A stretch of 64,000 nt of DNA, from positions 11,718,001-11,782,000 of the forward strand of contig JBITNC010000001.1 in NCBI GenBank assembly GCA_050084985.1, given 5' to 3'. Source of the stretch: Nageia nagi (Eukaryota > Plantae > Pinophyta). Made by a program: the position numbers and the translations under genes. Each line of letters opens with the position of its first letter. Within the stretch, counting starts at the first letter, position 1. Under the pieces are notes generated by a model. It did no database searches. It saw nothing but the letters and a program-made list of their open reading frames with translations, and was not told the origin of the DNA. Below are positions 37,651-49,600 of the stretch, in pieces.

Positions 37651-37915
37651 CATGCATATGCAAGTTCCTCACATATGGATAACTAAATAGTGCTAACATG
37701 CACATACTAGTTCCTCACATATGTCTAACTAAATATTTCAAGAAGTGTACAAACAAGTTCATCTCAAGTGGATAACTAAACAATGCCAACATGCATATAC
37801 TAGTTCCTCACATATGGAGAACTAAAAAGTGCAAGAAGTGTACAAATAAGTTCATATAATGAGGATAACTAAACAATACCAACATGCACATGCTAATTCC
37901 TCACACATAGATAAC
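37651..37915. repeat. about 46-bp tandem array with a 93-bp dimeric higher-order unit in the Copia B 3' region
   Basis: CATGCA.AT...AGTTCCTCACATATGGATAACTAAA units; CATGC recurs at 37697, 37790 and 37883. Confidence 0.85.
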
Positions 37916-38029
37916 AAAAAAAATAAACACAAGGATCAACACTATCTAGCTAAAATATCCTTGTGGAAGTGAAGTTTTCATTACAAAAAATTGAATTCAA
38001 CAAGAATTCATACTCCACTCCCCTTTGAG

Positions 38030-41000
38030 GGTAACTTCACTAGCTCGAAAGAGCCCCCAAATCTTATTGAATTGAGTGTTAGAAAGGGGCTTGATGAATA
38101 AATCAATGAAGTTTTTATTCATTGGACAATAGTAAAGTTATAAGGTACCATTAGAACTTTTTCCTTGATGAAGTTCTCTTGGATTTATATGTTCTTTGTT
38201 CTTTGATAGAACACAAGGTTTTTGGCCAAAGCAATGGCAAATTGGTTATATTAAGATATCAAGTATGGGACAACCTACTCATACCAAATTTCTTTTAGAA
38301 TATGCCTTAGCCAAATCACTTCTTGGGTGATAAAAATCATAGCTCTATATTTTGCTTTTGTGGTGGACAAAGTAAATGTAGGATTCTTCTTGGAAGACCA
38401 AGTGATAGCACCTAATACAATATTAAATACATAGGTAGAAGTGGATTTTCTATCATCTCTATCACCCCCATAGTTAGAATTAGAGAACCCATAGAGAAAA
38501 AAAGAAGGAAACTTGATAAACTTGAGGGCAAGATCCTTTATGCTCGTAATATACTTCAAAATTTTCTTAGCAACATGAAGATGCTCAACATAAGGTTTTT
38601 GCAAAAACATTGCCATTAGATTCACTGCATAGGTAATATCTAACCTAGATATAGTTAAATAAAGAAGACTACTAATAAGCTTCCTATACTCTATAGCATC
38701 TACCAACTGAGACCTTGAGCTAGTCTCAAGCTTGATTCTAGGAGCAATGATAATAGCCATAAGCTTACACTCTTCCATTCCAAACTTTTATAAAATATCT
38801 AAGATATATTTTGACTGACTAAGGTAGGTACAATTATTACATTGATATATTTGCATACCTAGATAGTAGTGCAAGAGGCCAAGATTAGTCATATCATATT
38901 TTTCTTTAAGTTTGGTTATGCATTTATTTATGATCACAATATTATTTCCCATGATCAGAAGATCATCCACATAGAGAATAATTAAGACCAAATCTTTTCT
39001 TTCATTTAGCACATAAATATCTAAATCTAAGTAGCATTTGGAGAATCCAAGAGTCCCAAAATACCTTGAAATCTTCTTATACCAAGCTCTTGGTGCTTTC
39101 TTAAGTCCATACAAATACTTCTTTATCTTGCACACATGGGACTCTTTCCCTTTTATAACAAACCCTTCTTGCTGACTTATGAAGAGTTAAACATCTAAGT
39201 CACCATTGAGAAAAACACTCTTTGCATCAAGCTAAAGTACTTTCCAACCTTGAGTTGTTGAAAGGGAAAGGATTAATTTGACTGTAGCCATGTTTGCTAC
39301 TAGTGCAAAGGTTTCCTCATAATCAACTTCATACTTTTGATCGAAACTCTTAGCAACCAACCTTGCCTTATATTTCTCAATTTTACCCTTTGACTTGTAG
39401 TAGATCTTATAGATTCACTTGTTTCCAATTACATTCTTTAAGTATGAATATATAAATAAGTCCCATGCTCTATTTTTTATAAGCATCTCATATTGCATCT
39501 TCATAGCATTCATCCAACAAGCATGTTTATACGCCTCCTTAAATGTTGAAGGCTCATTATGATTGTTAATTTTAGTAAGGAGAGACTTATTAAAAGTCAT
39601 GATTCTAGTTATCCTTTCTAAAGAGTTTTCAAACACTTCACTTGAAGAAGAGCCAATAGGAACCTCATTGAATTTGACATCCCTTGAGATAAAAAATGCT
39701 TTTACTAGAGGAGAGTATAGCCTATACCCTCTATGTTGACTTTCATATCCATAAAGATGCATTTTTTTGACTTATTATCCAACTTATTTCTTTTCTCAAA
39801 ATTTATGAAGAAAAAAGCTTCACATCTAAATACCCTCAGATGTGAGATATCATGTTTCTTTCCTTTTCATACCTTATATAGAGTTATCCCTTGAATTGCT
39901 TTTGTATGACACCTATTCATGTTGTAAATAGTAGTGCTAATGACTTCTCTCAATAAAAACTTAGGAAGATTTTTCATCATGCATATAGCCATCTCCATTA
40001 TGGTCCTATTATTCCTTTCTACAACACCATTTTGTTGCAGAGTATAAGGGATAGTAAACTACATTTTGATCTCATGCTTTGCACAAAAGTTGTTGAACTC
40101 ATTACTTACATATTCACCCATATTATTCAACCTTAGTATCTTGATATTCATATTGGTTTGATTTTCAACTAAGGTCATGAACTCTTTGAACATATAAAAG
40201 GTTTAATCATTATGCTCTAGTAGATAACCAAACATCATCCTACTAAAGTCATCAATAAAAGTAAGGACATAAGATGCTCCTCTAAGAGATAGTTTGAAAA
40301 AGACCCATCAAATATGATTGAATCAATTGGAGAGGATGAGATTCCCTAGTTGCCTTATATTTTTTAATTTTTTTCCTTTTCATCTTCCTTAAGATACAAT
40401 TTTCACAAAGGCCAATGGAGGGTGAAATAGGAGGCGATCCTTTCAAAAGATCTTGATCCTTCATGACTTGAATACTCTTATGATTTAGGTCACTTAAACA
40501 TTGATGCCAAAGGTTTCCTTTAGAATAAATATTTGAGGTAAGACACAACTTAATAGGCACTTGATCAACTATGTAAAAGTCAATCTTAATCGATCCTTTT
40601 ATCAAAGTGAAATACCCTTTCCTTAAATTCTAAGAGTTCAAATTGAACTCAATGGTATATCCCTTTCTTGAAATTTAAAAAATTGATAAAAGATTCATCC
40701 CTAACTTAGTCACAAAGAGCATATTTTCAATTACCTTCCCATGCATCAAGATGCTTCCAATCCCTTGAACCTCTAGCATAGAGTTAACACCTATTACTAT
40801 CACATCCTTCCTATATTTATGAAAGTTTTCAAACTTATTCCTTTCAAAGCTAATATGATTAGTGCAACCTGAATCTACAACCCAATCATTTGTAAAAGTA
40901 CAAGACTTGGAATAAAAAATATAAACATAGGCACCTTTCTTATTCTTCTTTTCTTTGAAGTTATTCACATTATCTTTTCCATTTTCCTCCCTTTTTTTTG

Positions 41001-41830
41001 GAAGCAATGGTTCTCTTTGTGACCATATATGCCATAATAGTTACAATTTACATCAAACTTTTCCTTAGGCACATGAGGTTTGTTTAACTTTCCTTTGTGA
41101 TCATGATGACTATTGTCATACTTCTTTACATTTCTCCTAGGATGACCATGAGCGGTATTTTTGTGATTTCTAAACTTTTTCTTGACTTGAGTCATCTAAG
41201 TTGCACCTAAAGCAATATTTTTCTCCTTTGGAGAAGAAATCAACTCCTTCTTGTTGATGGTCTCTTCATGCTTTAAGAGAAGTCTAAAAAGATTCTCTAG
41301 AGAAAAGACTTCCTCTTCATCATCAAGCCTAGTCTCAATAATAGTCACGAAGTGACTAAACTTAGTTGAGATGCTTTGTTAGATGATGAACACCATAAAT
41401 TTATCATTTATCCAATTACAACCATAGCTCATAAGATGAGTCCTAAGATTAATAATTTTATTCAAGTAGATTGCCACAGCTTCGTCATCCTCTTGACGAG
41501 ATTGCAAGAGTTTCTAAATTATGATGAAGCTCCTTGAAAACTTAGACCCAATGTAGATCTTCTTAAGCCTATCCCAAGCTTCTTTGGTGGATGTTGAGGT
41601 CAAAATCATGAGAAGAACTTCATTTGAAACTATCCTAAAGATCATAGATTTCTTCAACTCATTCTTTTTGTTATAGACCTCTAGTGCTTTAGCTTCTATT
41701 GGAGAAACTTGATTCTCACTAACTATTTTCCAAAGCTTATGTGCTTGAAGCTCCGCTTTCAAACTTAATTCCCAAATAGCATAATTGGAACCGTCAAGGA
41801 TGTGCTTAGGTGCGAAGGAATTTTTAAATT
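38030..41830 (-). pseudogene. Copia B gag-pol, fragmented
   Basis: LDGSNYAIW gag start, CNYYGIYGHKENHC knuckle, WVVDSGCTNH protease, integrase, LYGLKKAPRAWY and YVDDLL RT, SNSNYGGDRDDRKSTS RNase H. Confidence 0.92.
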
Positions 41831-42511
41831 CTACAAAAATGATTAATTTATCAAAGCATAAGAAGCATCAACATATGATTCACAATCATAATTACAATTC
41901 CAAGTAGAAAAATTATGAAACTAACACATATTTTACTAGCCATAAATCATTTTAACAATTATCATAATAATTACAATTAACCATTATAAACTAATCATGT
42001 TTAATTTTGTTGTAATTGAAAGAAAATTGTATAAATTTGCAAAACAAATGACAAGTTGTAGGTTAGTAGCTTTGTTTGAGTTAGTAATTTGTAGTTAGTA
42101 AGTTGTAAGTTAGTGTTAGAAGATTGTAAGTCATATTAGTGCACTTTGTTTAGCCTTGAATAGTTTGAAGGTTAGTAAGTCCTAATCTACAATTGTGGTT
42201 AGCATTTGAGGTTAGTGTATGCAGTTAGTATTTGAAGTTAGTGGATATTTTACCATTGACTTAACTTAATTTGAGCATTTGTTTATGTTTAAGCAAAAAA
42301 GAAGGACAACCACACACAACAAGGGGTTAGTAGTTTCCTTAGCTTTTGAGTCAGTTACATAACAAGGCTCTAGAAGCTTAACAACATGCTCAATATCAAA
42401 CACATGTCTTGAAAAATTATCATAAAAAGGTTAATTAACACCAACTTATTTAGGGAAGATTGAGTTCAAGAGGAAGAGTCATTTCCTCAGACGTAAAAGC
42501 ATTGGAGTCCA

Positions 42512-42754
42512 CTATATAATGCATTTGAAGTGAAACATGTGGGCTATGACTTCATTCCTTTGTCTCATAAGGATTGTCCATTTTTGCATTTTGTCTTCAT
42601 ATTCTTTCTTCTTTTCTTCCAAAAGCTTGTCCAACTTCTTATCAAGCACCTTAACTCTTGCAATAGCACTACTTATTTTCTTATGCCTAGAAGACATCAT
42701 AAACACTCCTATTTGCATTTTCAAGAACAAGGTTAAGACAATAGAGGAAAACAA
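42512..42754 (-). CDS. possible extra ORF (coiled-coil) in the Copia B leader; function unknown
   Basis: An uninterrupted heptad-like stretch SSAIARVKVLDKKLDKLLEEKKKEYEDKMQKWTILMRQRNEV, sense to gag. No homology recognised. Confidence 0.3.
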   Translation of the reverse strand: MFSSIVLTLFLKMQIGVFMMSSRHKKISSAIARVKVLDKKLDKLLEEKKKEYEDKMQKWTILMRQRNEVIAHMFHFKCII

Positions 42755-44378
42755 AATTCATTATAAATTTCTTTAAAAAAAAAATAACATCATTCACCAT
42801 TTCATTTTTCTTAAAAAAAAAACTTATTTTTTTTAAAATATTCCATTCTAAAAAGAAATTCACTCCCCTTATTTAAAAAAAAAAAATTCAATCATATTAT
42901 ATTTATCTCCCTTTTTTTATTTAAGAAAGTATTTAAACAACATATAAGATTTCCCCTTTTTTTTAATAGTTGTAGGAAAAAACCAATTCTTTCATAATAA
43001 AACTTCTTTGTTAAAAAAAAAAAAAATGTATCATAAGAAAATGATCATTAAACGTTTTCCATCTATATCTGTACTAAGAAATTTATTTCACTTGGTATTT
43101 GCAAGTGGCCTCCACTATTGATTGAAAAAAAAAATGCAAAGGATATGGTTAATGAAAAATAGTAGATTTTAATTTAATGCACCAGAATAAGGGTTATCTT
43201 ATGCAGCACATATGTAGAGGAGGTGTAGCGATGAGAGAGAAGGCCTGAGAAAATGGCAGAGAGCGGTAGCCATCAGATTCATGCTTCTAGTGCACTGTGG
43301 AGCGCCTCTACGATGGAGGAGAGTAGCCTTAATGAGGGAACCACCACAAGGGAGAGGGGAAAATGGGTGGCGCTAAGGTGGAGGAGAGGAACCATAGCAA
43401 GGGAGAAAGTAGCCTCCGTTAGGGAACCACCGTGAAGGAGAGGGAAATGGAGAAGGGACAGAGCAAGGTTGCACATAGGCTGGGAGCTAGGGGTTCTGCC
43501 CAAGGAGGTGGAGGGACGACATGGAAAGGCAACGTGTTACAAGAGGGGCCTTCCTGACTCTATCTTCGAGAGCACCCATGATGGCACAGACCGGAATAAT
43601 GTTATCAAAGGTTGCAGCGTTTGGTAAGCGGTGATGACGGAGCGGTGCAGGGTGTCCAACTGGTTGAGCCACATTGGGGGTGGTTGGGCGTCCGCCTGAT
43701 TGAGCGGTACTCAATGCATTGTAATTAAACCTCATTTTTTTTTTACAAAAAAAGTAACTAAAAACTTGTATTCTCCCTTTTAAAAATAAAATAAAAAAAA
43801 TTGCTAGTTTTGAAAAAAAAACTTTTTTAAAAAATAATATGTTAAAGAAATTTTTGAAAAGAAATTACATCTAATATAAAACATTGGTATGTAATAGGCT
43901 ATTCTTACACCAAGCAGCTCCTTTAAATCAAATATAAGCTTATCTGTAAGAATAAGAAAGAACTAAACAAAATAAAATGAGATGATGAGAAAATTATACC
44001 TCAATGTGATTTTACCTACAAATTTGAAGAAGTATAAGAAGAGCCTCTAAGTAGGCTCTGATACCAATTGAAAGAGATGAAACTCCTACACCCAAGATCA
44101 CCTTGGAGTGTTCTACTTCAAGTAACAACACAAGAGACAATCACTCAAACACACACAAGTGAGATAACCATGTATAATGGTTCCTCTCTATCAAGAGAGT
44201 ACTCCACTCTAAGCAAGATTCTATTACTTCTCAAGACTCACAAAACTCTCTTACAGCATTCGGATTCTCTCCTCCTATCAACCTACTCTAAGAGAGTTAC
44301 AATAGAAGATTTATTATTCTTTAGATACCTTTTAAAGAATAATAATTACAATAGTGCATTATTTATTCTAACATACAT

Positions 44379-46634
44379 CTCATGCAACCACCTACATAGG
44401 ATGATAAAGATAAATGAGGCCTTAGTTTCAAGGGCCCTCAAGAAATATCAACTACAACCCAAATTTATGAGATAGAGGATGAGGGAGATTGAGGAACTTT
44501 CCTTCTCTCATGAGGATTTTCTATGTGAAGCACCCTCTTTAGCGATATCTCAATGTTCTCTCCCTCGATTTCTATTTTAACAAGTTAACATGGTTCGAAT
44601 CTCCTTAATTTTATCTTTTTTGCATCCTCCTGATTTTGATGATATTCATGTGGTGGATCAAGATATTACTTATTTTGACATGATTTTCATAATTGATCTT
44701 ACCACCCTTGATAGTTTTATTTGGCCTTGTAACCATGTTAACCCCTATGAGGAGGAGCCAAATGAGGATACATATTGGCCATATCTTAACCATCAGTGGG
44801 AGGAAGGATCCCATATGCTAGTCAAAATGACCATTAAGATTGATCTAGCAAATGACCTTAATAGTCCCAAAATGGTTCAATTTGGTTAAGGGCTTAATGA
44901 AGATGAACTGAAACAATGGACTGTAAAGATTAAAAAGTGAATTAAGATTTTTTTCCTATGCATATAAGGATATGCCAAGTTTAGATACTATTATAGTTTT
45001 GCATCACTTAACCTTGAAGGCAGATGCCAAACTCATGAAACAGAAACCTCATCAAATGCATCTTGTAAAGGTATTGTTAGTTAAAGAAGAGCTTCAAAAG
45101 ATGTTAGACACTAAATTCATAGAGGCTATTGATTATCTTGAGTGGGTTTCTAACCCTGTTATAGTGCCTAAGCCATATGGATGGATTATAATCGACATAG
45201 ACTTCAGGGATGTTAACAAAGATTATCCTCAGTATGACTTTTCATTTCCCAACATTGACACCTTAGTAGACAATAATGCTAGTCATGAGATGTTTTCATT
45301 GATGTACAATTTTTCTAGCTATAATCAAATCATGATCACAAAGGAAGATAAGTACAAAATGATCTTCACAACACCATGGGGAACATACTTCTATAATGTA
45401 TTGTTATTTGGGCTTAAAAACATAGGAGGAACCTGCCAGACGTATATGACCTACATATTACATGATTATATACATGACGTAGTGAAGGATTATGTTGATG
45501 ATATCTTTGTTAAAACTAAAATATGTGTCTCACCTTAAGGCACTATGTAAGATTCTAAATTAATTTTTGGAATATAATGTCATGTTCAATCCCAAGAAGT
45601 GTATTTTTAGGGTGCAATCATGAAAATTTTTGGGTTTCATTGTATCTAAGCAGGGTATTGAAGTTAATCCTAACAAGGTTGTGCCATAAATGAAATGCCT
45701 CCTAAAAATTTAAAATTGTTACAAAGCTTGCAAAGTAAGATTCAAGCAATCCAAAGATTTATAGCATAACTATTAGATAAATATTGGCCATTCAATAAAT
45801 TTACTAAGAATAATGTCGATTTTGCGTAGGATATTAAGTTTTAGGAGGTCTTTGATTCCATTAAGAAGTATCTTATGCATCCTCCTATCTTGATCCCTCC
45901 TAGAGTGGGAGTGTCTTTTCATTTATACATTTCTACCACTGACTTTGCTTTGGGCTTGATGCTAGCCCAATAGAATGAAGCAAAGAGAGAGCAAGATATC
46001 TATTACTTGAGTCGTAATCTAGTAGTATATGAAACTAGGTATGCCCATCTTGAGAAATTATGCCTAGCAATGATCTTTTCTGCTTAGGATCTTAGAAACT
46101 ATATGCTCAACCAGAAAATGCATATCATTTTCAAGATGAATCTGCTCAATTACATGATGAATAAAATAGTTCTTCATGCTAAGGTGGCTAAGTGGATCAT
46201 GTTTCTCATTGAATTTGACCTTGACATTATAAATTAGAAATTTGTTAAAGGTCATGTTATTGCAGACTAGTTAGGTGAAGCACCCAAAAAAATGACATTC
46301 CTTTGCACATCGAGTTACTAGATTGTAACCCTTTGGATATCTTTGAGATTGAGGAGGAGGTATAACAAGAAGAATTTGATATGACAATGTACTTTGATGG
46401 GTCTCTCCATGAAAAAAGGGCAAGGGCTAGGATAGTATTCATAACTCCTTAGGGTATTCCCATGCTTATTTCTTTCAAACTATCCTTCGAGTGTACAAAC
46501 AATAATGCAGAATATGAAGCACTCATTCTTAGTCTATAATTAGGAATTGAAATGAAATATGAGCATCTCAAGATATATGGTGATTCTTTGCTAATTGTTA
46601 ATTAGATTAAAGGAATCTTTTTCTGTAATCAACC
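44379..46634 (+). pseudogene. Tat/Ogre Gypsy pol: RT, RNase H and start of the additional archaeal-type RNase H (aRH)
   Basis: WVSNPVIVPK..IDFRDVNK..FPNIDTLVD..YNQI..FTTPWGTY..FGLKNIGG..YVDDI; RNase H IYYLSR; aRH MYFDGS...CTNNNAEYEALI. Confidence 0.93.
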
Positions 46635-49600
46635 TATGAAGTTGCACATTACATTACTAAATGAAGTTACAAAGCTTTATAGCTTAAAAGAAGCTACAAT
46701 ATAACAATGGTTGTTGTAAATAATAGAAAGAATAACAACCAAAACTATTCCTACATATTACAATCTTATAATCCATGTACAAACAAGTATGGATTATATA
46801 TTCACATCCAAATATATTCCCTAGGCTATAACAAACCTTAAAACGAAGTATAAATATAAACAAGATTCAAAATAACAAGAAAACAAACAATATGCCATGC
46901 ATAGTCTGTGTACAGTATTGGTCATGGTTTAGTAGACTGGTTGACTAGTCGATAAGCTAGTTAGTGCCTTCTAGTCGGTAGTCTAGTTAGTCCCTTCTAG
47001 TCAATAGTCCAGTTAGTCACCACTAGCCTAACTTATGCAACTCGGCTAGAAACAAAGGGCTAGAGTTTCTCGATTTATGTGTGCGTGATGGTCTTGAACT
47101 CTAACATTCTCCCCCTTGATGCTGAGAAGATGTACCAGGATGTTCCTCAACTTCAAAAATTAAGCTTTGACAATAACTTCGGTTAAAATATTAGCCACAT
47201 TCTCCAAAGTATCAACATGCCTAAGCTCAACAATTTTTTTTCCACCATATCTCTTATGAAGTGATACTTCATATCAAAAAGCTTTGACCTGTTGTGTTGG
47301 ATTGGATTTTGTACCAATTGGATGGGACTCTTATTGTCACAATACAGAATAGTAGCACCACTTTGAACCTCACAAAGTCTCCTTAACCATAATGCTTGGG
47401 CACTAGCACTTGTGATTGTAATATACTTAACTTCAGTAGGTGAAAGAGCCACCGTGCTTTGTTTCTTTGAACTCCATGTTGTCATACATGAACCAAGGCT
47501 GAAGCATTGACTAGATGTGATCTTCCTATCATCAATGTTGCTCCCCAATCTAAATCATTACAGCCAACAAGTTTGGCACCTTCATGCTTGATGTAGTGGA
47601 TGCCAAAATCAATTATTCCTTGAACATATCTTAGAATTTGTTTTGTTGCTTTTAGATATGAGAAATATCAAGCCTAGTTTTTGTGAGAAATATAAGACTT
47701 CCTACAATGGATCTATAAGTGATTACATTGACTCTCACTCCTCCATAATCCTTACAAAGAAGCTCACCATGAGCAATTGGAGTGGGTAGTGATTTACAAC
47801 TTTCCATCTCAAATTTCAACAATATATCTTTAGCAAACTTGCTTTGACATACAAAGATTTCATACATTGAATATAATTCCAATCTAAGGAAATAGTGCTG
47901 AAGACCAAGGTCTTTCATTTCAAATTCATCCATCATTTTCCTTTTGAGTTCATCATTCAAGTTAAAAGAACTACCCATATAAATCAAATCATCAAATATA
48001 AACAAACAAGAACAAGAGCAATACCTTGCTTCATGATGTAGAGGGTAGGTTCATTCTTGGTCCTTTGGAATCCATATTATTGAAATTAGCCATATATCCT
48101 TGAGTACCATTCCCTTGGTTCTTGATTTAGGCCATAGAACATTTTCTTCAATTTTTAGACTAGATTCTCTTTCCCATTGATGATAAAACCTTGAGGTTTC
48201 TCCACATAAACCTCTTCTTGCAAGTAGCCATTCAAAAATGCACTTTTTACATCCATGTGCAAAATATTCTTCATAATCAATGCAAAATTTTTGTTTTAAT
48301 CCCTTGGCAACAAGTCTTGCTTTGTGCCTCTCAATAGTGCTATCACTACTATACTTGGTCTTGAAGATCCATTTACAACCAATACATTTTTTATCCTTTG
48401 GAAGTTCAACAAGCTACCAAGTTTTATTCTTTTCAATAGAATGCATTTCTTCAATCCATTGCATTCAACCACAAATCATTAGGAAAAGCATAATCAAAAC
48501 ATGAAGGCTCAACATCAATGCCATCCATAAAAGCATAATTGACAATATCACATCTATGATCTTCATTTTCATCATCTCCATACATATTCAAATTCTGAAT
48601 TCTAGATACAACATCATCCATTTCTTTTTCTTAACTTCTTGTGAGTCTCTTAATAAAATTTATATCTATAATATTATAAGTAGGATGATTTGCCAATATT
48701 CTTTTCCACTTTTTATATCTCTTTTGCTTGACTTAATGGATTTAATCAACTTGAAGTACTTGGTGTGCAAGGTGAAGGAGGACTTACTTGGCCTTGGCCA
48801 TTGATGGGATGAACATGTGCATTATTTGTCTCATTGGAAGAATATTCATTGGTAGATCTATCATCAACTATGAGTTTTTGATTACCACCATACTTTCCCA
48901 CTTCATCAAAAATCAAATCTCTTAATATTATAATTCTCTTTATTTTTGAACTGTAAAATCTATATGCTTTAGAATTTTCACAATAACCCACAGAAACACA
49001 TGTTGGCTTTTTGGATCAAGTTTTATTCTTTTCTCATCAGGAATGTGTGCATATTTTAAACAACCAAAAAATCTAAAATGACCAACATTTGGCTTTGTTT
49101 CATTTCATGCTTCATAAGGGTTGGTTCCTTCCAATGATTTAGTTGGGCTTCTATTAAGAATGTAAACACTTATTCAACATGCATCAGCCCAAAACATATA
49201 ATTCAAATCTTGTGAATGCAACATGCTTCTTTCCATACTCATTATTGTCCTATTTTTCCTATCACATACACCATTTTGTTGAGCATTAAAACCTATAGTA
49301 AGTTGCCTTTTAATTCCACAATCCTTGCAAAACCTTGTGAATTCATTTGACATAAACTCCCCTCCTGTTTCATTCCTTAAACATTTTATATAAAATCCAC
49401 TTTGATTTTCCACATTATTCTTGAATTCCATAAAATAAATAAAATATTGATATTTTATTTTTAATAAATAAATGCAATACATTCTTGAGTAATCATCAAC
49501 GAAAGTGAGGAAATATGAATTCATACCCATACTCTTGTTTTGCATTAGACCATATATATCCGAATGCATCAATTGAATAGGATAAGAGACTCTCCATGCT

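Larger units (their letters stand above)
36635..44373 (-). mobile_element. decayed Ty1/Copia element B (3' LTR 36635-37145, 5' LTR 44069-44373) with long 5' and 3' non-pol regions
   Basis: Exact TSD TACAT; PBS GCTCTGATACCA at 44055-44066; PPT CTCCCTCTT at 37146; LTR identity shown by ORFs 36634 and 44068. Confidence 0.93.
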
